From Pirellula staleyi DSM 6068 (lineage in GTDB: Bacteria; Planctomycetota; Planctomycetia; Pirellulales; Pirellulaceae), in assembly GCA_000025185.1 (NCBI GenBank), contig CP001848.1, positions 1,671,699 to 1,735,698 on the forward strand: DNA of 64,000 nucleotides, read 5' to 3'. Of this stretch, positions 10,133-22,900 are shown in pieces. The notes under the pieces are model-generated. The model did no database searches. It saw only the letters and a program-made list of their open reading frames with translations, and had not been told where the DNA came from. A program made the position numbers and the translations under genes. The stretch's first letter is position 1; the number at the start of each line of letters is the position of its first letter.

Positions 10133-11389
10133 CTAGTCTTCCAGGGTGCCCTTGGTGAGCTTGAACAACCAGATACCGTTGAAGATTTCTCCAGGTGGGA
10201 GTTCGACAACGTTGTCGCTGTAACCGATCGCCGAGGTGTCGGCCAAACCTGGCGTCACTGGGAAGCCTGGGTTGAGGAAGCCGTCGCCGTTGCTATCGGT
10301 GAATTCCTTCACAGCACCGTCAGCCATCACGATATTGCAGCTGGCGTTCTTGCCACCACCGTGGGTAGCAAACCAGTCGCGCGTGTCTTGGAGGTAGGTG
10401 TTGTTGACAGTTCCGAGAGGTTCGTCGCAATCCTTGCGGAAGTCGCACGAGATTTGGTTGCTCATGTTGGTGCCGACAGGGATCAGCTTGACGCCGTTCG
10501 AACCGTTCCAGAAAGCAGGACCGTCGTTGAACGCTTCGCTCAGAAGAGCACCCGATGGAATCAGGGACTTCGTGGTGGCGGTGCCGAGACCGGTGTTGAT
10601 GTAGTCGGTGGGGCTGATTTCGAGCGTAACAGCCATCACAGCTTCGTCGACGTCACCAGGAGCCGAGTCACCCAGGAGGGGAATCGACGAGGTGGGAACG
10701 CCAGCGTTTTCAGCAACACGACGGGTCAGAGGACCTTGCGTACCACCGAAGCCCTTATGGCCCGAACCGCTGAGAGCGGAGGTGAGCACTGGCGAGCTTT
10801 GGTTAGCTTGGGTCACACGGGGGGCCGTGCGAGCCATGAAGTAGCTCTGAGCGTAGTTGTTGTTGAAGCCTTCACCAATGAAGTAGTGCGAGACGAACGT
10901 AGCGCGCTGAGCGGTATCGTCGTCGGTGCCGCCGAAACCTTCGGCTGGAGCTGGACCAGCAACGCCACGCCATTCCGACTTGCCGCAGAGGCCAGCAGTC
11001 AAGCGAGCGGCTGGAACGCCGTCGGACAGTTCGGTCGTGTTACGACCGTAGACGTCGTTCAGCTTTTCGGTGCCGAGCAGTGGGTTGCTGGGGCAGGTCA
11101 TTTCGCTGGGCTTAGCAGCATTGATGGCGACAAGGTCAGCGACCCAGCCCCAAGTGTCCAAGCAACCGTCGCGACGGAAGTCCGAAGCACCGGTGCAGTA
11201 GCGACCCGAAGGATCTTTGTCGGCGAACAGCTGGAAGCCGATGCCGAACTGACGGAGGTTGTTCTTGCAAGCTGCATTGCGGGCAGCTTCACGAGCACGG
11301 CTAACAGCTGGGAGAAGCAGGGCGACCAGGATGCCGATGATCGCAATGACCACGAGCAACTCGATCAGGGTAAAACCACGACGTTTCAT
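10133..11389 (-). CDS. DUF1559 / prepilin-type N-terminal cleavage-methylation domain protein (type II secretion pseudopilin-like; H-X9-DG family).
   Basis: [51 protein letters not shown] is the canonical class III signal plus DUF1559 core. AGGAG RBS 7 nt upstream of ATG 11389. Confidence 0.85.
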   Translation of the reverse strand: MKRRGFTLIELLVVIAIIGILVALLLPAVSRAREAARNAACKNNLRQFGIGFQLFADKDPSGRYCTGASDFRRDGCLDTWGWVADLVAINAAKPSEMTCPSNPLLGTEKLNDVYGRNTTELSDGVPAARLTAGLCGKSEWRGVAGPAPAEGFGGTDDDTAQRATFVSHYFIGEGFNNNYAQSYFMARTAPRVTQANQSSPVLTSALSGSGHKGFGGTQGPLTRRVAENAGVPTSSIPLLGDSAPGDVDEAVMAVTLEISPTDYINTGLGTATTKSLIPSGALLSEAFNDGPAFWNGSNGVKLIPVGTNMSNQISCDFRKDCDEPLGTVNNTYLQDTRDWFATHGGGKNASCNIVMADGAVKEFTDSNGDGFLNPGFPVTPGLADTSAIGYSDNVVELPPGEIFNGIWLFKLTKGTLED

Positions 11390-12082
11390 CTCAAACTCCT
11401 GAAACAAAGAAACAAAAAATGTGCGAACCGAGGCGTATTGCGAGAGTTAGTCGTAGTGAGCTCTGGGGGCTTGAACTGCGACTGACGCTTGCGATCAAAA
11501 AACTTGTGAACCGTTCCAACTGTGGCTGCGTACTGGGTGAAAACTCTTGGGTTCTGTGAGCACTATCGTGTCGATGCCGTGGGAAGATCTGACCGAGATT
11601 GTGAGTAACTCCCGAGAAACTCTTCCGAAGATTGTCGACTGAAACTCTCTTCTTCAACCTGCTTCCACCAAGCTCTGCTTTTTCCATCCGTTTCTGTGAA
11701 GCCCGCTCGATCGCTGCTCTTCGCACGGCGATCTAGCACCCCAAAGAAGCCAAAACTCTAGTTGCCGGTTTCAAACGTTGTGTGTGTGTTCCGTAAAGGT
11801 TTGCGGAAACGGGGAACGTTCTTTCCTGCTCGCCGGCGCCCACCCCACACTCGTGTGGACACCTCAGACACTTGCCGAGACGCTCTGCTTGAGTAGCTGG
11901 AACCGAGCCATTGTGTGCGACAAAAACCGGCTCTCGAAATCACGTTTCTCTAGGCGTTTTTTGAGCATTTCGCAGAGTCTTTGGCCCATCGCGCGGCGCT
12001 AGTGCAGAGCAGATTTCTAGCGCAGCTGTGGTATTTCGTGCGCACCGCAGGTGCGCACGGACTCTACGATCACGCCCCGCTG

Positions 12083-13252
12083 TTATTCGCGTTTGGCGTC
12101 GAGCGAGTACAAGCTGAAGATCTCGTCGGGGCTCACTTCCATTTCGCTATCCTCGAAGCCACCGACTGCGGGGAAGCCGTTGTTGAGCGAACCATCGCGA
12201 TTGGTATCGGTGAAGGAGCGAACGCTCCCATCGACGAACAGAATGTTGCAGGCACCACGATGCACCGGAGCAAAACCGCGATAGTCTTGCATGGCATCTT
12301 TGGCCCACACGCGCCACCAACCACCAGCACCCTCTTTGGGTGTGAAGTCGGCAAAAGCAGGGGGAACCACTTCGCTCATGTCGGCGATGCGTACCGGTCC
12401 ACGTGTGAACGACTGTGCCATCGGTGTGCCGCTTAGGATCCGGCCAAAACCGACATCAAGCGTCCCCACTGTCTCACCATCGCCGATGATCGGAACAAAG
12501 CTCGAAGCAGCCTTGGCCGTATCGCTGAGCGTGCGTCGCATCCCACCACGTGTGGTGTTGCGGCTGCGAACATCGCTGCCACATCCGGGAATCGCTTGGC
12601 GAGGATTGCCGTAGAGCAAGTTCACTTCACTACGGACCAGGAACCACGATGCGGTGTAGTTGGTGTTGTAATGCTTGTCGTAGATTTCGGTCTTCACCAC
12701 GCTCGAACGAGCATCACTGGCCGTGGGAGACGCACCGACAATCGCGCGGCAAGGGTTGGTGATTGTCGTTCCGTCGATGGCCAATTTGGGAGGACTGCCG
12801 AGCACGTTTTGGATTTGCATGCATGGAAACGGTCCCGCACCTTGAAAGGCTGTGACGTCGCGCTGCAGCAGGTCGTTGTAAGTCTCGCTGACGAGAGCGT
12901 TGTTGGAAGGGCAGAGCATGCCGCCGACAGGAGTTCCTTGGTTCACCAGATCGGCGACCCAGCCGATCTCGGTCACGGCCCCATCTTCCATCCAGTTGAA
13001 ACCACCGGTGCACAGGAGTTCGTTATGGCGTTCGGCGTGGACTGACAGACCGAGACCAAATTGGCGGAGGTTGTTTTGGCAGGCAGCGGTGCGAGCTGCT
13101 TCGCGAGCTGCAGAGACCGCCGGGAGCAGCAGCGCCACCAGAAGGCCAATGATCGAAATGACGACGAGCAATTCGACGAGCGTGAACGCACGCTGGTTCG
13201 ATCGACTCGCAAGGTCGCATGATCGTGGTTGGCTCAAGCGGAAATGCCACAT
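12083..13252 (-). CDS. DUF1559 / prepilin-type N-terminal domain protein, a diverged tandem paralog of 10133-11389.
   Basis: ...[51 protein letters not shown] use the ATG at 13252; the ORF tool's GTG at 13267 is an alternative. Confidence 0.8.
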   Translation of the reverse strand: MWHFRLSQPRSCDLASRSNQRAFTLVELLVVISIIGLLVALLLPAVSAAREAARTAACQNNLRQFGLGLSVHAERHNELLCTGGFNWMEDGAVTEIGWVADLVNQGTPVGGMLCPSNNALVSETYNDLLQRDVTAFQGAGPFPCMQIQNVLGSPPKLAIDGTTITNPCRAIVGASPTASDARSSVVKTEIYDKHYNTNYTASWFLVRSEVNLLYGNPRQAIPGCGSDVRSRNTTRGGMRRTLSDTAKAASSFVPIIGDGETVGTLDVGFGRILSGTPMAQSFTRGPVRIADMSEVVPPAFADFTPKEGAGGWWRVWAKDAMQDYRGFAPVHRGACNILFVDGSVRSFTDTNRDGSLNNGFPAVGGFEDSEMEVSPDEIFSLYSLDAKRE

Positions 13253-14009
13253 AGAAAATCGCTCCACAGTTACTCATCTCCTGCCAACTGGCGCTAATGC
13301 CCAGCGGGCGCGTCCGAGCAGGGTCAAGAATCTCACCTAAGTCTCACTGGGCAGATAAAGCAGCCGTGAGTGGGTCGTGAACTTCGAGTTAGCTTCACAT
13401 GAAGGATTCGCGCAGAGCGGTTGGCCATGCGTTCGACCGCACAGCGTGGCAATTCGACGCGGGAGTCTCGCTTCAAAAATCGCCGTAAACTGCTTAAGAA
13501 GTGCTACTTAGCACGAATGTTCTGCAGATCCATGTCTGGCCGATGACACGAGCTGAAACGCTCGAACCGGCCGATAGTCGCCAATGCGGTGCGGCTTACC
13601 ACATGCTTATGCGGAGCGTTTCGAGCCGCCCGAAGCGGAATTTCGAGCTAGGGGATCGAGCGTCTACGCGCGAACTGCGTGCCCCAGGCTGAACCGACTA
13701 GCACACCCCCAGCAGCGGCAGCAGCCGGCTCGAGCGGCACACTGATTTTCAGTCCTGTGCGGTTTCCCGAAACACTTGCGGGAAATCAAGTTGCTAGCGA
13801 TGGAGAACGCTCTTCGCCGGGATTTCGAGGGTTGCTATGCTCCCGGAAATCGGTGTGGCGAAACGTGGTCCAGGAACGTGACCTAAATTCCCCTAAGGAT
13901 TGCGGAGCATGGTATCTCGCCCGCGACGCAAGCCACTCGGGACTGCACGTGGACGTTGATTTCGTGCGCTGCTGTCGAACTCTGCTGAATATGAAGGAAG
14001 TCTTGCATC

Positions 14010-15884
<1,875 letters not shown>

Positions 15885-15942
15885 CCATCCACGCCCCACC
15901 CGAGCAGCTGACTTCTTTCCGCTGCTCGGCGAAACAATTTGC

Positions 15943-15990
15943 GAGCCTGTATTTCGAGCCTCAAACGCTTGTAATACAGGCTTTTTTGCT
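15943..15990 (+). terminator. Rho-independent terminator after glmS.
   Basis: gagcctgta...tacaggct stem followed by ttttttgctttc. A second hairpin ccgagcagc/gctgctcgg lies at about 15900-15930. Confidence 0.55.
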
Positions 15991-16065
15991 TTCAGCCTGC
16001 AGCTCGGTTTTACTGCTCTTCTTCCTCTGCTCTTCTTCAGCTGCTCCTGCCTGCTCCGTCTTTGG

Positions 16066-16123
16066 CTAGTCCCTAGTCCCTAGTCCCTAGTCCCTAGTCC
16101 CTAGTCCCTAGTCCCTAGTTCCC
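16066..16123. repeat. Tandem heptamer microsatellite (CTAGTCC)x7 plus one imperfect unit.
   Basis: Read directly: ctagtccctagtccctagtccctagtccctagtccctagtccctagttccc. Confidence 0.9.
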
Positions 16124-16153
16124 AGCCTCTGGCTTTCTCTCGCCTCTCGCCTT

Positions 16154-16181
16154 CTCTGGCCTCTGGCCTCTGGCCTCTGGC
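16154..16181. repeat. Tandem heptamer microsatellite (CTCTGGC)x4, preceded by degenerate units.
   Basis: cttctctggcctctggcctctggcctctggccgc immediately before the giant-gene stop (tta at 16185-16187). Confidence 0.9.
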
Positions 16182-16183
16182 CG

Positions 16184-16937
16184 CTTAGAGGCTGGTGTCT
16201 TGGGAGTTGTTGAAGTCGCCGCGGATGTCGCTGGTGAGGGGGTCGGCATTGGTGTGGGTGCCGAAGAGATCGTTGCCGCTGCCACCGTAAACGGTGTCGC
16301 GGTCGAGGTCGTCGGTGTGGGTGAGATTCGGGGCGACCGGGCCGCCGCTGTTCCAGGCCACCAGCAGCGCGAGCATCGCGGCATCGACCGCGCTGCTATA
16401 CGTGTTGCTCGTCGCCGTGTCGCTCGTCCCTTGGTAAGTGGTGATCGCCGCGAGCACCAGGTCGTTGCCGTTGCCGCCGTCGACCAGATCAACGCCGTCG
16501 CCGCCGATCAGTACGTCGTTGCCATCGCGGCCGTACAGCCGATCGTCGCCATCGCCGCCGCTGAGGAAGTCGTCGCCGACATCGCCACTGATCGTGTCGT
16601 TCCCCTGCGCGCCGTAAATGCGGTCGTTGCCCGAGCTGCCACTCAGCTGATCGTTGCCGTAGCCGCCGTGGATCCAGTCGTCACCCGCGCCAGGGCTCAC
16701 ACTATCGTTGCCGCCACCGGCGTAGAAGAGATCGTTGCCGCCGAGCGCGCTCAGCGTATCGTTACCGCCGATGTTGAGCTCGTGCGGATTGAGCTCGTCG
16801 CTCGTCGGAGCGTCGTCGCCCCAGACGATGTTGTTGCCGCTGCTGGCATTGATGCGATCGTTGCCGAGACCACCGACCAAGAGGTCGTTGTTGAAGCTGC
16901 CCGTCAGGAAGTCATCTCCCGCTTCACCGTAGAATTC
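16184..16937. repeat. Perfect inverted copy of window positions 1-754 (at least 754 bp; mapping x <-> 16938-x).
   Basis: Identical translated ORFs in three different frames: 58-753(+) = C-terminus of 16185-28646(-); 446-838(+) = 16115-16492(-) for 103 aa; 6-203(-) = 16735-16932(+). The revcomp of 16881-16937 matches 1-57 when checked directly. Identity breaks at 755/16183. Confidence 0.9.
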
Positions 16938-19900
16938 CGCCGGAATCTGCAGGTTCGATTGGTTGATGATGTCGTTGCCGCCGCGGCCGTAGACGAGCGT
17001 CTTGCCAGGGACGTTGTGGTACGTGTAGCTCGAGCCGATCTGCACGCGAGTGCGGCTGGGTTCAAGCGTCGTGTTGGCGCGAGCGAACTGAATCGTGTCA
17101 TTGCCATTGGTGCCGCGGATGTAGATGTCATTGATCGTGGCGCTCGTCATCTCGCCATCGTCGGCCAAGTTGAGATCTTCGATCGTGGTGAAGGTGACGG
17201 TCGCGTGCGTCGAGCTCAACACTTGTCCGCTGCTCACGAGCACGGGGCTCGTCGCGGCGAGTCCACCGCCGAGCGCCGAGACATCGATGTTCAGCACATC
17301 GCCCGGCAGCACCGAGGGATCGTTGCCGTTGATGAAGAAGGGGGTCGTGAGGCTCGGGCGAATCATGTCATCGACGCCGTCGAGTTCACTGGCGCTCAGC
17401 AGATAGCCAGGCGCGGTGCTCGATGGTGTGCCGCCGAAGGTGTCGTCGCCAAGACCACCGTTGAGGGTGAGCCGTGCGAGGAAGTCAGCTGCGTTGACGT
17501 AGAACTGATCGTTGTCTCCGGCACCGGTGACGACGGCGGTATCAAGGTCGTTGGCCGCTTCGGTCATGTTGACGCGGATCGTATCGGCGCCGCCCGACGT
17601 GGTGACATCGAGATCGTCGATGCTCGTGAACGTGATGTCGATTCCCGACGCGATCGTGAGCCCTTCGATCGTGGTGCGCGTGATGACGACGGAGTCGGCC
17701 GACACACTTCCGCTGTCGACGACGATCAGCGAGTCGTCGTCCCCGGCAACGCCATTGAACGACAGAGTCGAGGCGATGTTCGATGCGGAATTCCCGCTGT
17801 CAAACACCTGGAACGTGTCGACCCCGATGTCGCCCGTTACCGTCACGGGCACGCCACTCTTGATCGCGTGGATGCGAACCGTGTGAGCGCTGTTGTCGGT
17901 CGCCGCGAGCGACGAACCAGCCACGATATCGATGCTCGTGAGGCTCGACGTGCTGTCGATGTTCACCAGATCAATCGCTTCGTTGCCGCCACCCGCGATG
18001 AGGTCGAGCGCGAGGAAACCTTCGAAGGTGGTCGTCGCGACGAGACCCGTATCGGCGGTGATCTCGGTCACGCCATCAGCTGCTGCACCATCGTCGCTGA
18101 TCTCGATATCGGCAGTGCTCGTGCTGCTCGAAGCATCGACGACGAGGTTGCCACCAGCGCCGTCGAGGATGAGCGTGTCGAGGTCGGCGAAGCTGACGAG
18201 GGTCAGCGGCGCGCCACTCGGCCCCACACCGACGTTGCCACTTCCTTGACCATCGAGGACGTCGCTGAAGTAACCGACATCAGCGGCAGTAAGGAGCTCG
18301 AGCGCGAGGCTGTTATCGCCGAGTCCGCCATCGAAGTGGATCGTCACATCGGTCAGATTGCTCGCGGTGTAGTAAGCATCGGCGGCTATATTCAAGTGCG
18401 CGCCATTGCTCACACCACCCGACGCGAGGCTGTTGTCGACCAGCGGCGCAGCGCCGTCGAAGCTCGGGAGTCCCGCTGCTGTTTCGCGAATCGTCAGCGA
18501 CTCACTATCGCTGCTACCGATCACCGTGAAGCTGTTGATCGTATCGGCCTGGCCACTGAACTTGCCGAGGCCATTCACCTCGACTTCGAACACGTTCGGT
18601 GCACTCAGGAAGATCTCGATCGCGTCGGCCGCGCCGTTCTGGAAGCCGGCGATTCGCATGTCGAGCACGAGGTTGTAGACCGACGTCAGCGGCGTCGTTT
18701 GCACCGTTTCAATCGAGCTATACGCAACCCCTGCCGCCGACGCGCCGAACGACCAAACGCCGCTGTAGTTGACTGCGCCGAGCGTCAATGTCGGCACGCC
18801 GAGTCCCGTGATATCGAGCACTAAAAGATCGCCCGCAGGCATCGTCGGATCGCCACCAAAAATGCTGATCGGTGTGCTCGCGAGACCATTGTCTTGATCG
18901 GGCCGGACGTTGAACGTATCGATCTCCGCGCCGCCGGTGAACGTCGCGCTCACCGCGTCGATATCCCCTGCAAAGCTCAGCGTCGCGCCACCCACATCCG
19001 CACTCGCCGCATCAATCGTCACGCTGACGGTTCCCGTCGCGCTGATCGTGCCGCTGAGGGTCGCATCGTCACCTGCCAGCAGCACCACATTGCTCGTCGA
19101 GCTGAGTGTGCCACTGACGATGATGTCGTCGTCGGCAGCGCCGGTATCGGTCACCGCGAGGTTCACCGCGCCGGCGGCATTGATGCTCGTGACGGTCATC
19201 GTGCCGGTCGCCGAGGTGATGTCGACGAGACCGTTGTTGGTCGTGATGCTTGTGAGCGTGATGGCGCTCGCTTCATCGATGTCGATCGCGCCGGTGCCAG
19301 TGACGCTGGCGGTGAGCGTAGCGATGCTCGTATCGAGATCGATCCCGCTAGCGCTCGTCGCGCTCAGGTTACTCGCCGACACATTGAGCACACCTGCGTT
19401 CGCATCCGTAATCGCCCCCGTCGTCGCCACCAGCGTCGCATCGCCTACGGCCGTGATGGTGGTGACGGCGATGTCGCCACTGGCAGCAGTGAGTGTGATG
19501 TTGCCATTCACGGTCGTTGCGGACGAGACTGCGAGGCCGCTGGTCTCGTTGATGTTGATGTTGCCATTGGTTGCGCCGGTCGTGGAAACGATCAGCGACG
19601 TGATGGTGGTGTCGAGATCGATGGCGTTTGCCACACCGGTGGCAGCCTGCGCGACCAGCAGACCGGTCGCGACGTTTACACTCGCGCCGTTGCCGTCGGA
19701 GATCGAGCCGGTGAGCGCGGTGAGGGTCACAGCAAGTCCGGCGGTGATCGTGTTGTTCACGCTGATCGAACCACCTGAGGTCAAGCTGATCGCACCACCA
19801 GCGCCAACCATCAGCGGACCATCCACTTCGATCGTATCGGCCCCCACTCCCGTATCAATCGTGATGTTCGCATTCGCATGCGCATTGGCACCACTCGTGA

Positions 19901-22900
19901 TGGTGACGCTGTCGGCAGCATCGGAGCCACCCGTCACGGTGTTGATCTCGACAGCGATATTGCCCGAGAGATGAACTTGCTCGAACGCCACGCCGCCGCT
20001 GTTGCCACTCACAACGAGGGCTGGAATTGCGGAGGTGGCGACCGTTGCGCCAAAGCCAGCGCTGATGTCGATCGTGTCGGCAGCGCCACCGAAGTTGACG
20101 ACGGCGCTAGCCAGATTAAACATGTTCACCGGCTCGAGACCACGGAACGTGATCGTCCCGGCGAGGGCATCGGAGGTGATCGTTCCGGCGCGGGCAATCA
20201 CGGCGTCGCTGGTGTACGTTGCCGTCTGCAATCCGGTGCCGACAATCGCCAGCACATCGCCAAACGAGGGATTGCCGCCAGCTGCAACCGGCGAGCCCTG
20301 CCCTTCACCGTCGTAGTAAATCCCTCCGGGGAGCGCGACGTTGATGGCGTTGAGATTGACGTTCAGTGTGTCGTCGGAATCACCGCCGTAGAACGTGAAG
20401 GCGTTGGGTGGTGTCGTCGTCGTGTAACCACCAATCACCGCGCCATTGTTGAGCGAGTAAGTGACGGTGATGTTCCCCGCCCCATCGGCAGCTGTGACCG
20501 TCACGATATCAGCACCCGCAGTGCCGTTAATGATCGGCTGTGAATAGAGCGCAACATCGTTCCCCGCACCTGGCCCCGCGCTATCGGCGCTGTAGCTGAT
20601 GTAGAACGTGCTTCCACCCACCACCACTGCCGCTCCTTCGGCCAGCCCCGCAAACGTCCCCACCACCGCATCCGTCCCATCATTGGTGATGAGGATGATT
20701 TCCTGCAGCGTTAAAGCGTTGGGTGTGAATCCGCCGAGGAGGGAAACGTTCAGCGTAGCGCCACCAAGATTGATGGTGCCGGTGGTGTTGAGTTGATCGT
20801 GAGTGTTCGCGCCACCATCGCCGGGTGTGAGGCCGCCGATTTCGAAGCTGTATACATTGCCAGCCGAACCGACGATGTTGCCGGTGGCGAGCGTTCCGGT
20901 GGTACTGGTGCCAGTCCCTGCAGCGACGAGGCTCGCGCCAGTTCCCGAGAGTGCGCCGACCACGCTACCAGTGCCCGAGAGAGTGGCCGCAGCAGCGACA
21001 TTCACCGAGGAATTAAGAGTTCCGAGGACGCGAAGTTCGCCTGTGCTGACGCTCGTCGAGCCTGCGGAGTTGCCGGCGCCGGTGAGATCGAAGCGTCCCG
21101 CGCCACTCTTGGTGAGTGCGCCGACCACTACCACATTGCCAGAGTTGGAGATGAGTCCCGCTGCTGTGACGGCGAAGTTCGAGCCGATGTTCGTCGAGCC
21201 GAGGTTGATGATGCCGCCGCTGGTGAGCGAGGCTGTTGTGGTGGTCGAGAGCAACGCCGAGGAGACGATGGTGTTGGCCGCCGTGACGCTCACCGAACCA
21301 GCCGTGGTGTTTTGGCTGAAGGTGACATCGTCGCCAGAGGCGATGACGATCGAGCCAGGCGCGCGGCTGTTGCCGACTTGTCCGTTAAAGTTCACGTCTC
21401 CCACACCAGCGGTGATGGTGAGTGGTAGATCGGGGTTGTATTCGAGGATAAATCGGGTCGCTGCACCATTATTGATGGTGAGGTCGTTCCAGCCACCTGC
21501 GCCGATGATTTCCGCGTAATCTTCATCGCCCGACTGGTTCGGTTCGCCCGAATTCCAGTTCGTATAGAAGCCGTTCTGCGCTGTGCCGCCGGCGGTACCG
21601 ATCCAGAAAATGCTTCCTGCTTCAGGGCCATCCATCCAACGCCATGTACTTTCGGTTTGCAGATCCGAGGCACCAATCCAAGCGCGTCCACCACCGAGGG
21701 TCGCGGTGATGGCGGCGTTTTCAGCAGGCGAGGTGATGTTGGCGAGATAGCCACCAGCAGCGAGTGCCGCTGCGCGAGCAGCGGTCCAGGTGATCGGGCC
21801 ACCGGTGTTCACATTCACGTGGTTGCTGGCGATTTGATTCACTGCGCCGCCGAAGGTGACAGCAGCACCCACAGCGCCATTGGCGGTGGTGTTGATGTTG
21901 ACGGCACCAGCGAGACGAACGCCACCGCTAAAGTTGATGGCAGCCCCTTCGGTGGTGTTGCCCCGCGCGACGGTGGTTTCACCGCTGGCGGTAAACGTTT
22001 GGGTGCCGGTGGTATCGACTCCCACCAGGCTGATGTTGCTGCCGGCAAAGTTCACACTCGACAAACGATAGATCGAGCCCATTACGTTGGCGGCCGAGAT
22101 CGTACCCGCACCAGCGTTGACGCTCAGCGACTGTGGCGAAGCGGCATTGAACTCGACGATATAGTTGCGTGTCGAGGTGATGTTCAAATCGTTCCAGCCA
22201 CCCGTGCCGAATTGGAATTCGGCCCCATCTTCGTCGCCCGATTGATTCGGCTCGCCAGTGTTCCAGTTGGCGTAGTTGCCACCCACGGTCGATCCACCAA
22301 CGGCGCCACTCCAGAACTGCACGTTGTTATCGGGACCATCGGCCCAGCGCCAGGCCCCTTCGACAGCGGTGTCATTTGCACCAATCCAAGCCGTTCCCGA
22401 GCCGATGGCGTTGATGCGGGAATTCTCGACAGCCGATCGAATCGAAGCGAGGTGCCCGGTAGTTCCCAGGAAGCTGAGCGAGGTGGCGGCAGTACGAGCG
22501 TTGCTCCAAGTCAGCGCCGAGGCGACGATCTGATAATGGCTCATCGTGTCCACGGTGCCGCCGAACACCACATTACCGCCCGCGGTGTTGATCGTGGTTC
22601 CGCTGAGGACGTTGAGAGGTCCGCTGAACGTCACCGCGCCGCCGCTGGTGGTGTGGGTGGCGCGAGTGATGATCGAGTTCGTCGAGGCAAACGTTTGTGC
22701 GCCGGTCGTGGTGACGTCGTCGACCACGATCAGCGGAGCATTCATCGAAACCGATGTCAGAACTGCGCCGCTACCGATGTTGCCACCGACAATCACCGAG
22801 CTTCTTCCATTGGCGGTCAGGGTGCGAGCCCCGCCGCTGCTGTCGATCGTCGACGCAAACTGCAAATCGTCGCCACTTACGGTGACGTTCGTCGCCAAAC

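Noticed and set aside
13268-14009. Possible glmS ribozyme or other ncRNA in the 740-bp gap upstream of glmS; small ORFs at 13501-13692 and 13679-14098.
   Set aside because: No conserved glmS ribozyme core recognisable; it is mainly a Firmicutes feature. The small ORFs have no motif support. A covariance-model scan would be needed.
16020-16181. CRISPR array.
   Set aside because: The repeats are 7-bp tandem microsatellites without spacers. No 25-40-bp repeat/spacer architecture occurs anywhere in the window, and there are no cas genes.
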